DNA of 63,833 bases, counting the filler, from Craspedostauros australis (taxonomy: Eukaryota): the NCBI GenBank assembly GCA_030167865.1. It is 8 parts of 8 records of this genome, joined end to end, with 100 filler letters (N's around TTAATTAATTAA, not from the genome) between each part and the next. Parts side by side here need not be neighbours in the genome. Positions count along the whole stretch, not along the records: positions 41,007 to 51,105 come from JALAGF010002405.1; positions 51,206 to 62,602 come from JALAGF010002406.1; 6 more parts are not named here. The stretch is one strand, 5' to 3'. Shown in pieces: positions 42,882 through 55,536 of the stretch. Position numbers and translations under genes: made by a program. The notes below the pieces were generated by a model that was not told the DNA's origin, searched no databases, and saw only the letters and a list, made by a program, of their open reading frames with translations. Numbering within the stretch: position 1 is the first letter of the stretch; each line of letters opens with the position of its first letter.

Positions 42882-44896
42882 TTACTCTTCTTCCATCGCC
42901 AATCGTTCCTTCTTGGCCAGTTCTTTTCTTGCGTCGACGACCATGGTGTTGAGGGTTTGTGCCAACGCGGCACTTCGGATGTTGAGGTCCCTTGTGCGCT
43001 CCATGACCTGCTCGTGCACGCTCTGCACGGTGCCGCCCATGACGACGCAACCTTCCTCGGCATCGATCTTGGCATCCAGCTCGGCGTTACGGATCAGATC
43101 GACGATCCATCGTTCGGCCTCGTCCTTGTTCATGGCGAGCTTTTCACCGAGCGCCGCCAGGTCTATCTTGTTGTGGATTCTGCAGTAGTTCTCGAACACA
43201 AACACGCGGGCCTCCTCCATGAAGAGCGTGGTCTGCTCGCAGAGGAAGAAATCGGATGACAGGACTCGTTCGCATTCCTCCAGCTTGGTCTGCGCGGATT
43301 CGAAGTCGAACTTAACGCAAAGGCAGTTGACGAACTCGACGATGGGATCGCTGTGCTCGCAGTCGTTCATGACGTTGGTGAGATTCTTGAGAAGTCGTCG
43401 CGATTCGTAGTTGCCGGACATGGCAGCGCGCTTTGAGATGCGGCGCTTGCAGAGCAGCACTGCGGCTGTGAGATATCTCAGGAGATGAGGAGCGTTGGTG
43501 GTGATGGCCTGCTTGTAGCGGTCGGTGTGGAAGAGTTCGATGAGCTGCTCCAGACCGCCCTTGGAGGAGTTGTTCCAGTAGACGAAGAGAGACCAGTGCA
43601 GCAACCACGTTCGTTGTGACAGGGCCTTGAGCGGCGAGAGTTTGTTGGAGGACACGAGCGATTCCATTGCAGTTTTGACGGCTTCGACCGCGACGGATGC
43701 GGCGTCCCAGTCCTCGACCATGATCTCGCACGCCAGCTTCCCCCAGATGACGTCCAGCAGGTCGAGGGTGACGTACTTGAGATAATAGATGCTTGGGTTG
43801 CCGAGATCCTTGTCGTTGGTCTGCTGCTTGGATCCGGAGAATCCCATGAGCTCCTCATCCTCCTTGTCTGTGTTGCTGTTCGCCGGTGGGAAGGCGTAGA
43901 GAGAGATGAAGTTCTCGAGCATGTCCCGCGACGCCTTGTAATCTCCGCAGTCAAATTTGAACTTTGCCAGCTCGCGGTACGCGGCGATGACCTCCTTCGT
44001 GACGCCTGTCTCTGGATGATCGCACAGACCGTTGATGGTCCATTTGCCGCTGGAAGCGAGCTTGGCCTGCAATCGATCAATCAATCAATCAATCAGTTTG
44101 ATTGTGAAATTGAAATGACAATGAGAATGACAACGACGGTGTCGTAGTCAATGTCATTAGTGTTGCCATTGTTTTGCACGGCGCGTGAGGGAAGGCATGG
44201 CGCAAAGGGGGAGAGAGGTACGTACATGTATGTGAGATGATGTTTGTGATCATGCATGCATAAATGCATGTGTGCTACCTTCATTGATGATTGCCGAAGA
44301 CCCAGCAGCCACATCCGCCACAGGATGTGCATCACAAGGCTTCTGGAAGGCCATGAACAGAGATAGCAGCAGCATGCTTCAGCCAGTGCTGCAATCCAAA
44401 GCAGCCAAAGACGATCAAGTGTGCAATCCCAACCAATCACTGATAACGAATTGACAATCCCTGGTGATGAATTGAAAATCCCTGGTGATGAAAGGCAGTG
44501 ACTGACCAGCGTCGAATCATCCAATCATCCAATCATCCAAAGCGTGGCACTCACCCTGCCTGGTTTGTCGTTGCACAGCTTGTCCAGTGGACCGCACGTG
44601 GTCTTGAGCTGCTCCAGCTGTTCGTAGACCTTGGTCTTTTGCTCCGTCATGTCCGCAGGGACAGCGGCATCCTGACCGTGGATCGTCTTGTAAATATCGA
44701 TGGCGTAGTCCACCATGTGGGTAGGGCGCAGGAGAGCCAAGCGCGCAGCCGCAACATCCTTGGACTGGTACGAGACGCTGCCGGACTTGATGAGGCCGTC
44801 GACGTACTCCAGGAGCGGGAACATCATGTGACGATCAAGGTAGGGAGATACCTTGGACGTCAGGTCCCATTGTTCGAGTCCTTCTGAGGTTGCCAT
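42882..44896 (-). CDS. EIF3E: Eukaryotic translation initiation factor 3 subunit E (exons 44896-44555 and 44066-42882)
   Basis: WDLTSKVSPYLDRHMMFPLLEY, WGKLACEI, QRTWLLHWSLFVY, and PCI domain EAERWIVDLIRNAELDAKID. Phase-0 intron GTGAGT...CAG at 44554-44067. Confidence 0.96.
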
Positions 44897-45817
44897 CGTG
44901 GAATCGGTCTGTTCGTTATGCTTTGCCTTGCGTCGATGGGGTCGTCGCCTGTTCTTTGGTGCGTGTTGGTGCGTGTTGGTGCGTCGCAAGGTCCAAGTCG
45001 CGCAGATCTGTCTTGCTCGTGCTGCTGCTTTCGTGTGGTCGCTTGGCGTCTTGCTGCGGTTGATCGAGTCAGATACTCCAGAGTGGATACTTTCACAACG
45101 TGTTCTGGCGATGCAGCGGCTTCAGGATCGTTGACCTTGCTTGGTGTTGGGGTTGTTGCTGCTACTGCTCTTGCGCCTGGTGCTGGTGGCCTTTGAGGTT
45201 GCTCTCTGCTGTTTTGCGTCTTGGACACTGTTGCCAATCGCAACCACCCTGTTGGTCTCTTCCTCCCAGCGCCATCCAACCTCGCTGCGCACCACCGATC
45301 GGATCTTCATGGTGGAACCTCTTCGTTTTTTCGCTCGTTGTCGACAACCGCACGAACTCAAGGTCCGTCCGTCGGCCGCGGTGGCAAACAGAAGGAATCG
45401 TATGGATCAACAGATCCATATGGTCCAATTAGTCGATAGTCGATCATTTGTTTGCGATCAAGTTTTGGCGGGAAACGAAAAGACAAACCAAAGACAGACA
45501 AAAAAGGAAACACGGAACTGCAACGAGCGCTCCAAGTCATCTGCCCTCTCGTGTGGAGACAGCAACGATGATGTTCCGATGCGCATTGTTTGCTTTGCAG
45601 CAGACAAGCACGACATGGATGGAAGACTACAATAGATGAAGCAGGTCCAACGATTGTATTATACTATTGTATTATAGTATAATCCTTGATTAGCTTCCTC
45701 ACGAACAATTGCCCCAATCAGCCAACCATACCACACCGATTGCCAGACGTTCTCCAGCACAGAAGTCCCTCCAAAACGCTCTCAGCGTGTCAAGCAGCTG
45801 CACAACACGATTACGGG

Positions 45818-48428
45818 ATGATGGCGGAGCCAATTCGAAGATCCGTGGACGGTGCGACGTCGCCAACCACGATGGCCAATGAGTTCTTCGATTGCGATGT
45901 CGATTGGAGGAACATGCCAGGCAAGATCCAACGGCTCTGTGATCATCTGGCGCAGCCTCAGCAATGTGCCTGCGATGATCTCATGCTGGCATTCGTGGCG
46001 CCCATCAGCAGCACCACCACCAATGATGATGAAAAGGAGGACTCAGACCATCATGAGGCATGCCGGTTGTCCGTGGCTGCCTCCATCATGGTCAGGGCGC
46101 ATCAATCGCCTTCCTTCTACCACGCGTTCCAAAAGCTGCTGAGGCATTCGCTGCTGGATCGGGCCTCGCGCGATGCGGATGACGATTCGCAGATGCGGGA
46201 TGACTCTGCTAATTTGGACAACCGCATGAATTCGACCGCGAGTGATCGAGCCGATGACAGCAACCAGGCCGCGCTCTTTCAGAACCTGCGGTCGCTCGGT
46301 TGGATACAACGGCAAGGCTTTCTCCACAACGCACTTGCCGAAGTTGTGCATCAGACCATCCTGGCGTGGGTCAAATCCACGATATCGCAAGAATACGAGG
46401 AGGAATCCTTGTTCGAAACGGTGCAGCAGTACAAAGACACCGTCGTGCAGCCATGGTTGCAGGACATCCTGGGGATGGCGGATTTCAAAAGCAACGCGTG
46501 GACGGAACGCCTGGATTTTGTCGTCGCGGAATGTTTCTGCTTGGTACGGATGGGCGAAGTATTTGAGATCGTCGCGGAATACCCGGATTCGCATGCCGCC
46601 GTCGTGGAACTGCGCGCAGTGCTGGAACGCACCATGATGCATCGTCAGCTGGGCGAGGCGCTGCGGGACGGGTTGGAACGACGGCTCAACCATCCCGGTG
46701 CCAACACACACCAGATCATCGACGTCTACATCAACACGATCAAGGTGCTGCGCGAGATCGATCCATCCGATCGGCTGCTGCGGTACGTGGCCGAACCCGT
46801 GCGATCCTACCTGCGATGCCGCAACGACACGGTTCGCTGCATCATCACCAGCCTGACCGATTCCGAGGCGGGCGGCGAGCTCTACGAAGAACTACGCCGG
46901 CAGGATGCGCTGCCGTTGGAACGCATCAACGACGATTCCGACGAAGAAGAGGAATGTCCCAGCTTGGATTGGCAGCCCCCTCCGCCAATTTCGAAAGCAA
47001 GCGAATCGTTCTGGGGATTCGGCACCAAGAGCGGCAAGGGGGGTGACATCCTCTCTATGCTCGTCAGTATTTATGGAAGCAAGGAGTTGTTTGTGGATGA
47101 ATATCGGTTGATGGTAAGGGCATGCAATGCTGCTGCTACTGCTGTTGCTACCGCTAGTGACGACGATGATGGTGATCACCGATGGGTTGGCGTGCAAGGG
47201 CTACAAGTGTGCTCGAAGATGCCGATATTTTTGGCTTTGATGGCGATGCGTCATTATGCTGATTTGGGATGATTTGTCGCATTCGTCCTTGTGCTTGCCG
47301 ACACGGCCCCAGTCATTCTTACATGTGCTCTCACGTGCTTCCTGTCAAACCCAATTTCTCACGAACCGCGCTACATTGGCAACACTAACACCCATGTCGA
47401 CGATTGCAACGCCATGCCATGCCGGACTGTAACATATCATTTCGTACGATTGCAACGATACGTAGCTCGCTGACAAGTTGCTTGCAAACACAGATTACAA
47501 CACCGACAGTGAAGTGCATACGCTCGAATTGCTGAAGCTACGTTTCGGCGAGGTTAGCATGAGGAATTGCGAAATCATGATCAAGGACATGGACGACAGC
47601 AAGCGAATCAATGCGAACATCAAGGATACTGTGCAAAGCAGAGCCAAACGAAAGCCGTCGGATCAGAGCGAGAATGATCCGGTCGTCGATGCTGCCATCG
47701 TTTCACACATCTTTTGGCCGTCATTGCAAAAAGAAGCCATGAAGCATCATCCCAGAATTCAGGCCGAGCTGGAGCACTTTGGAAATGAGTACGGGAGGTT
47801 GAAGAATCCACGACGATTGCTGTGGCTCAATCAGTTGGGCATGGTCGAGCTGGAACTGGACGTCGTGGAAACAGACGACAACGGATACCCTGTCGTTGAG
47901 ACGAAGTCATTCACCTGTACTCCGGTTCTGGCGACGTTGATCGCGTACTTTGAAGACAAGGAGCAATGGACCGTGGAGGACTTGGCACGCGAAACGGGCA
48001 TCCCGGAGCACATCATCGAGCGCAGGATGTCCTTTTGGGTGAACAAGCGCGTGATCCGGGTCGTCTTGCAGGGTGGCAAGCACTACGAGTTGGCATCGCA
48101 ACAGTACCTTCTGCAGGAGAGTCAAGAGTCCGGGGACAACTTCGACTTGATGATGATGGAGGGGGGAGAGGATGAACGCGCCGTCTCAGCGTCGGCCCAA
48201 GAGGAAGAAGAGATGCAGGTGTACGAGAGCTACATCTTTGGAATGCTCACGAATCTTGGTCAGCTCCCGCTGGACCGCATCCACAACATGCTCAAGACGT
48301 TCGTTGCAGGCAGCGACGTCAAGTACAACAAGACACCTCAACAACTCGCGCAGTTCTTGCAACGACTGTGCAAGCAAGAAAAGCTGGAATGCGGGCCAGA
48401 TGGCACGTACAAGCTCCTGAAGCGGTAG
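45818..48428 (+). CDS. ANAPC2: Anaphase-promoting complex subunit 2 (exons 45818-47113 and 47466-48428)
   Basis: RRLNHPGANTHQII, YLRCRNDTVRCII, DILSMLVSIYGSKELFVDEYRLM|LADKLL, LELLKLRFGE, and C-terminal GMLTNLGQLPLDRIHNMLK. Phase-0 intron GTAAGG...TAG at 47114-47465. The start ATG is uncertain. Confidence 0.94.
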
Positions 48429-48669
48429 CGCTGAGACACTGGGATCATGTTTGCAGTGTTCCGAACTCTCTTTGAGATCACAGTTTCGCAAGCGTTGACT
48501 CCAGAACTCGTATACGTTGACCCACTAGAGAATACGGTACAGCATGGTAGTAGCCATGACGGGGCCGACAGGTGGCGCCCAATGCAATCGGCCCTATTGT
48601 TTTGTCGCTCACAGTGCTTGCTTACTTGGGAGCTTTCTACCTGTCGTACTCTCGAAATGTTTTGAAGCT

Positions 48670-49677
48670 TCAGGCATCTTTCTTGTCTGATGATTCCCCA
48701 GTTTCTGGGCCTTTGTCAGTTTCCATGTTCGCATCCTCTGCTGTTTCCGTTGATTCTTGTTTTACAGTGTCGTCTTTGGCATCCTCTTGTTTCCCAGATC
48801 CCTTTGGTTGTCCCTGTGGCTGTTCCTTCGCTTGTGCTTTTGCCTTTGCTGCCTGGGCCTCGAGTATGGCAGTGCAACGATCGATGGCCTTGAAGATGTT
48901 GTCAGCAGACCAATCGTCCTTCTTGAGGCAATCCTCCGTCTTGAACACCCCTTGCTTCGTTCTCTGCAACCGGATCGTCGTCGCGGCAGATTCCACCTTC
49001 CTTCCAATATCACGCACTAACGAACGTACGAACGTCCCACCGCCACACTCCATGTCCAGGTCGAATTTCGGAAGCTCCGTGTTATCCTCGTCCAAGAGTT
49101 GAAGATCGTACACGTGGACCTTGCGAGGATCGATCTTGATGTCATCCTCCGTCTTGCCCTCTCGGGCTGACTTGTAGAGCTTCTTGCCGTTCTTCCGTAT
49201 GGCGCTGAAGATCGGTGGCACCTGCATGATCTCACCTCGGAACTCTGGCAGCGCAGCCTTGATAATGTCCACCGTCACATGGTCGTGCGGCATCTTTTTG
49301 GTGACCTCGCCCTCCTTGTCCAACGTGGTGGTCTCGTACCCCAGCTCTGCGGTCGTGGAGTATCGCTTGGAGCCCGTGAGGTACTGCTGCAGCTGCTTGG
49401 TGCCTTTGCCGACGCCGATGACGAGGACGCCGTAGGCAAGCGGGTCGAGCGTGCCGCCGTGTCCCACCTTGACGATCCGGTTTTTGTTGCGCCGGCTGCC
49501 GACCTTGACGGTCTTGGCGCCTCTATCTCTGGCATCGCGCTCCAGGATGCCACGGATGTACGAGACGGCATCATTGGAGGTCCACTCGAGCGGCTTCTCA
49601 ACGGCGAAGATGCCCTCGGATCGGTAGAGCGGAACCTTGTCCGACAGCTTCTTGATTTCGGGTCGTTGCATGGACAT
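48670..49677 (-). CDS. truB: tRNA pseudouridine(55) synthase TruB family
   Basis: KPLEWTS, KVGHGGTLDPLAYGVL, QVPPIFSAIRKNGKKLY, CGGGTFVRSLVRDIG, LQRTKQGVF. Confidence 0.95.
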   Translation of the reverse strand: MSMQRPEIKKLSDKVPLYRSEGIFAVEKPLEWTSNDAVSYIRGILERDARDRGAKTVKVGSRRNKNRIVKVGHGGTLDPLAYGVLVIGVGKGTKQLQQYLTGSKRYSTTAELGYETTTLDKEGEVTKKMPHDHVTVDIIKAALPEFRGEIMQVPPIFSAIRKNGKKLYKSAREGKTEDDIKIDPRKVHVYDLQLLDEDNTELPKFDLDMECGGGTFVRSLVRDIGRKVESAATTIRLQRTKQGVFKTEDCLKKDDWSADNIFKAIDRCTAILEAQAAKAKAQAKEQPQGQPKGSGKQEDAKDDTVKQESTETAEDANMETDKGPETGESSDKKDA

Positions 49678-49709
49678 GATCGGAGCTTGTGTGATGTTCT
49701 TGGGCTGTT

Positions 49710-49795
49710 GAGTGATGTGTGATGTGTGATGTGCGAGTAGTGATGTGTGATGTGTGATGTGTGATGTGTGATGTGTGGTGTGTGATGTGTGATGC
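49710..49795. repeat. (GATGT/TGTGA)n microsatellite just upstream of truB
   Basis: Directly visible run of gtgatgtgtgatgt units. Confidence 0.85.
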
Positions 49796-52184
49796 GTGGT
49801 GTGCGTGGTACCGTATGTGGATTCGAAAGGTGTCGTTTCGTTGATGTGTGCCTGTTTCTTTTTGCAGGGTGTGGCAGAAAGGGTGTCGGTATCTTTGTCA
49901 AGGGAGGACGGAATGGTTTCGGTGGACGTGAGACATACCGCTGGGGGAAATTTTCGGTTGTCTAATACGTGTTCTATTTTGGTCGCAACCTCCCTTGGTT
50001 TAGTCTACGGATTAGGCTGGAATTGATTAGCTCTTCATATGACGCAGTGCCGATTTGTCGAGGCATGCTGCCAGGTTGGGCAACTCCACAACCACAGACT
50101 CTCTCTCACTCTCTGGAGAGAGTCTGTGGTTGTTTCCAATGAACAATACCCCATGAAGGATGGCCTCCACATGTTCTAACATGGACTTGGGATATTCGGT
50201 CGTCTATGCCTCTCCTCGTACACCGCTCTTGCTCAACTCCATCAACACAAACGAGCTCCAATTACTCTATCATACTCATGCACTCTATGAGAATCAGTGA
50301 ACGCGGCACTGGTACACGTAGTCTCATTAATCGAGTGGCCTGGGAGCACAACATCGCGTTTCACTGCGCGTTGTTCGTGGCATGCAGAAGCAGCCTCCAT
50401 GGGAACGTCTCGGTCTTCTGCCAACGAGCATCCCTCAAAAACACCTTTGGCACACTGAAAACCTTTGGCGCACTTGCTGCGTCGGGGTCTTCTTCGTCCC
50501 ACCTGATTCCCTCCCTGGCACAGGCATGAGCATCAACTTCATCTGTGACCGTTGGATGATGATGTGCTTCGGCTTGGTTGATAACAACTGAGTGCGCGAC
50601 GCACTTGGCGTTCTGGTCGATCAATGCAATTGATGCTGTGAAGTGCGGTTTCATGTGTCGTCGCCAGGATTTGTCCCAGGACACATGGAAAAAGGATTGG
50701 TACCATGCAGGAACGCACACCAAAAACCTTCGCCTCGCTCCTGACTTGACGAAGAGAACCTCCCGTGGTACCAGCACAACACAAACCCTAAGGCCCTTCT
50801 TGAGGTTCATCACAGGGAGCCATGGTAATATAGATAATTTCCCTCAGGTCTAAAAACAAAGACCCAACGGGATTCATTCGAATTGGCAACCACACAAACA
50901 AAAAATGACGACAACGACAGGCAAAATGGGTCTCCTGCGCGATGCATTGTTCCTGTGTGTACAACCAATTACTCTGCTCTGCTCTACTTGCTTAGTCTGT
51001 CTCTCTAGTAACTGACTTGGAAAGGCTGGAAGAAGCCCTCATCAATGGACAGCTGTGTGATCATGGCAACCACCTTGAACACTGTCTTGTGAAGCTTCAT
51101 GTTGTNNNNNNNNNNNNNNNNNNNNNNNNNNNNNNNNNNNNNNNNNNNNTTAATTAATTAANNNNNNNNNNNNNNNNNNNNNNNNNNNNNNNNNNNNNNN
51201 NNNNNAAGCAAGTCCGTGACTGGTCACCTCACGATAAATACATGAGAACACTATCGAACCTTCGGCAGAAACTAACGAGTTTTCTGCTGGAGGATCAACG
51301 CGACTGCAATGTACACATAGATCACTCCATAAAACTTAAGATGAAACAAAGTACAAGCTGAAAGGGTCCAACATATGTAAATAGACTACGAGGATTATGT
51401 ATATGCAATTAGTTTTAAAATCCCAGAAATTTGATTAGACTCTTGATTGCAAACAGTTGGTCGACTCACTGATCGGGCTCATAATACGATCTCTGACATG
51501 GCAGGAAGATTCCGGTGATCGAAGTTGGAGCAACTCGCATCACACCTACCATACGACTGCTCGTGCAGATACTTGTGGGAGCACCTCCGACTATGACTGG
51601 CAGATGGAGGGAAGAGGCAGATCCTTGTGTGCGATGTGCTGATGCCCTTGGATAAAATTTTACGAAGACAGTCCAAGACCAGATCAGACAGAGCCAAGAT
51701 CGGGCCAAGAGAGGTGCATACCGACGAGTTCGATAGAATACATCATAGGTAGTAGTCGCAGCTGGCTGAGTCGGTGCCGTAGAATGAAAGACCGCCAAGC
51801 GATTCCGGACAGGCTTGAGCGGCATCATTGCGGTTGCAGATAGAGAGAGAATGGACATTGCCAGTGGAGTATGTGGTAGGGTGCTCAACAGAGAATACAT
51901 AATCGTCTGCGAGGTCAAATCAATAATGGGGGCGCAAGTGGACGGAGAGGAAGTTGCATCCGACATCATTTTTCGCAGGACGGATCTTGTTTCGGATCGC
52001 CAAGGAGCGAAGCACTCTATCGTAGCAGGTACTACGTTAGTTGAGAGCATCGATCGTTCCCCACTTCTTCATTTGCGAAGATGTGTGTGGCCTTTCGTAT
52101 GCTCCATCTTGTCTCGCAGCACATCGTTTTGCATCATGTCGCACCGCATCGTATCGTATCGAAGGATCATCCTCCGTGCACTCT

Positions 52185-53489
52185 CTACGCCATGGGAGTT
52201 TTGACATCAAGGAAGTCTCTGGACCATCGCAACAGAAGCTCGTACGTTACGAATGTGACGCAGCAGTTTGGGACGACGCGAATCAACGTCACGGGTAGAC
52301 CTGCGTAGAGGCCTGCGACGCCCTCGCTGCGAATGATGTCCCTGCCGGTGCCCAACAAGGTCGGGGTCTGCGTGGCTCTTGAGTCCATCATTCTACTTCG
52401 GAGGACTTCGTGCGGGTAGGACAGCAAGGATGCTCCCATTTTGGCCATTCCACTCGCCAGAAGCAGGTCGATGGGAGTTTCCATACCATCCGGGTTGCGC
52501 TCGCGTGCCATCTTCTTCAGAGCTTCGTACGCGGGGAATTGGATGGCGACATGCGCCAAGCCGAGCAGGTTGGCAGTCATGCCGCGCCAGAAGATGCGGG
52601 GGCCGCCGCTCTCCGCGTACAGATTCTTCGTGGTCTGGATCATGCCGGAATGGTGCACGGCTCGGCCTTCCCGCATGTTGTGCAGCGCTTCGGTCTGGAT
52701 GCGCGTTCGCACGACGAAGAAGGGATTGCAGATGACATCAGCGACGGCGCCCGTGAATACCGCCGATCCGCAATGGACGATGCTCGGGTAGTCCTCGTTG
52801 AACTGGGGGTAGGAATGTCTGACCATCCGCTTCGTTTCGTCGTACAGAGGGAAGTACACACCCCAGAACATCGGAACAGTGACCAACGTGGTGCCCAATC
52901 CGCGGAACCAGCCCTGCCAGCCTTCCTTCTTCGCGATTTCCTTCAGTATGTCAACCACGCTGTTCGCCGCACTGACGGTGTTTCGGGCGCCAGCTTTGGA
53001 TCCTGCAGACGACGCCGACGATGACGCCGACGATGATGATGACGAGGATCCAATGACATGACCCCAGACCTGCAGCCTTGTGCGGACCAGATCGAGCGGC
53101 GCGCATATTATGCTGGCAAGAAAGCCGCTTCCAACACCAGCAACCATCGTGCTGAGGATCTGCTTCGGATCTCTGGATTTGGCAGAAGCTGGCGGTGGGT
53201 CTATCATCAATGTCTTCCTGCGTTGAGAACGGAGCTTGGAGCCAGTTTCCGTGGATCCCGCGGATTGGCCGTTCATCCGTTGGTCACCGTGAAGGGCATC
53301 GTCCCCTGCGGCTGCCGCCGTTGATGAAAATGGCGATGCCGGCGATGTGCACCATACATATCGTCCACCCGCAGTCGCAGTCGTGGCCGTAGCCGTGGCC
53401 GTGGCCGTTGGAGGCAGTGTTGGTGGGAAACCCACGGTGTTGCCATGAGATGGATCTCTCAGTGTGTGCGATGACTGCGAATGACTCAT
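52185..53489 (-). CDS. Mitochondrial carrier (SLC25), NAD+ transporter NDT1 / folate-carrier subfamily
   Basis: Three carrier signatures PLDLVRTRLQ, PFFVVRTRIQ and PHEVLRSRM, plus WGVYFPLYD and HVAIQFPAYE. First ATG at 53489. Confidence 0.9.
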   Translation of the reverse strand: MSHSQSSHTLRDPSHGNTVGFPPTLPPTATATATATTATAGGRYVWCTSPASPFSSTAAAAGDDALHGDQRMNGQSAGSTETGSKLRSQRRKTLMIDPPPASAKSRDPKQILSTMVAGVGSGFLASIICAPLDLVRTRLQVWGHVIGSSSSSSSASSSASSAGSKAGARNTVSAANSVVDILKEIAKKEGWQGWFRGLGTTLVTVPMFWGVYFPLYDETKRMVRHSYPQFNEDYPSIVHCGSAVFTGAVADVICNPFFVVRTRIQTEALHNMREGRAVHHSGMIQTTKNLYAESGGPRIFWRGMTANLLGLAHVAIQFPAYEALKKMARERNPDGMETPIDLLLASGMAKMGASLLSYPHEVLRSRMMDSRATQTPTLLGTGRDIIRSEGVAGLYAGLPVTLIRVVPNCCVTFVTYELLLRWSRDFLDVKTPMA

Positions 53490-55536
53490 CGCCGTTGCTG
53501 CCACTTCCAAGAAGGACCAGCAGGGCTCCCGGCCGATTTGCTGCTGCTGAAGCTACCTTGGGTTGGCGGAGACAGGTGGGGGCCTTCAGCTGCAGTTGAA
53601 GTCGCGATCGCAGTCCCAATCGCAATTGCAATTGCGGTGTGGTACGAAGTCGTGCTTGTGTTGTGTTGTGTTGTGATGTGATGTGCTTCGCGCTTGTTTG
53701 TGTTGCATTTTCGTCTTGTTGCGATTTTGTCGTTGTGGTTTTTGCGGTGTTGTTGGAGTTTTCGTCATTGTGGACTCACTCGTGATTGAGAAGGAGAACA
53801 ACGCTCCTCGCGCAATGCTTACCGGATGGATGTGGGAGAAAGTGTTTGGTGATGCCAACCGCACTTTGAACAACGCAGCAGCAACCACTGTTCACCGAGC
53901 ATGGCGAGCTCGGGTCCAGCCAACGTCGCATCAAATCAAGTCGCACAAACTCATGCCAAGCCAAGCAGCGATCATGGCATTGAGGAATGGCTCTGGTGAT
54001 CATCTTGTTATCTTGTACGAGTACGGTAGTCGCATGCACCACCCATCTGCGTCTGTTCGAAACGGTTCCATTCTGCTTCTGCCTTCGTTTGGTTCGTCGG
54101 ATCGCGGTGGGTCGCGGTTTGTCGCGATGGGGATGAGCCGGATTATCGGCGCGACGGTGGTCGCATGAGATTGCGGTGCATGGCGAAGAGCCGTGGGCGT
54201 CGTGCTTTGGATGAAACGACACCAGTTGTGGAGCACCATGTGCGAGTAAGATACTTGCACGTGCTTGGAATATCTTGCTGTTGTAGGCAATCCATTGTCG
54301 GTGCGATCAACGCCATGGCCGCCGCGATCAACGAGCAAAAACAGGTTCGCGGGAAGCGCTCTGCCTTGCTGCTGGCTGCGGTGTGACCAACCACAACAAC
54401 CGGCACATCCCGACACATCAGCGCGGGTCAATCAGTACTTTCTCAGGCCGGCAAAACCACAATGGTGCGTCGCCGAGTGTCACACTGTTTGTGTTTTGTG
54501 CGGCATGTGCAGTGTGTGTTGCATGAATGTAGAGTAGTATGCGTCAAGGCCATCGGCAAGCGTGTGATTAGAATCAGCGGCTGTTGTTTGGCGATGTGGT
54601 CCCAGACGAGCATCGGTTGCGATCATGAGTTTTTGCGTGGCCAATGGAGAACACAAATGAAGAACATGGCGCGCAAAGTTCGTGTTCTCTCCGATGTTTC
54701 ACCGATTTTGCACCTTTATGTAAATCCCGCAGCGACACAATTGAGGTGCCAGTCACGCCCACGAGGACAAAAATTGATCAAGAACCTCTCACATTACAAT
54801 TCGCGCACACCGCGCAATACACCCACGAAGGAGACGACGCCTCACGCAACGGCATCAATTGTGGATGAAAGCTGCGAATACAACCACGACCACCTCCACC
54901 AACATTGTGCGACAACCATCGACACCATCACCATGATGTTTGTGAAAGAGCCGCGATCACAAGGACGTACTCAGGTTGTTTGTTAGGGGTCGCAGCGGCG
55001 GGGATACGTCTACCTTGTCTGAGGTGCGACCTCACCTTCCCGTGACTCGTTCAAAGAAATGACCGTGATTCGACTAAGTTGACCATTGCAGATCAACTTC
55101 AATGTCGTCATCGCACCAACGCGAAGAAAACAACGAACAAAATGACGAGGAAGAAAGGAAGAAGAGGATCCTGTTGACGTTGTCGTTGCTCGATTGTTTG
55201 TTTGTGACTGTTGTTGCTTTGACTGTGGGAAGAGCGAGGCATTGATTGCGCATCGACACGCGTCACAACATATCACAACACAACATATCACAACACATCA
55301 CATCACGTGATCATTGCCATACAGAGCACCATCAGTCTCCACTCTCGATCCACGCTTTGCTCTGTTTCATCGACCATCATCGTTCCAGAAAGGGGCGAAA
55401 TCAGTTGCGGCTGAACGACCAAGGATACGATCTCTGAACACCGAGCGTCGTTGCTCATTGCCGCTTGCAAGTTTGCGTTCCGAATCTTTGCATCCATACT
55501 CTACGAGGAGGAACAACAAGGAAGACGCGCATCAGC

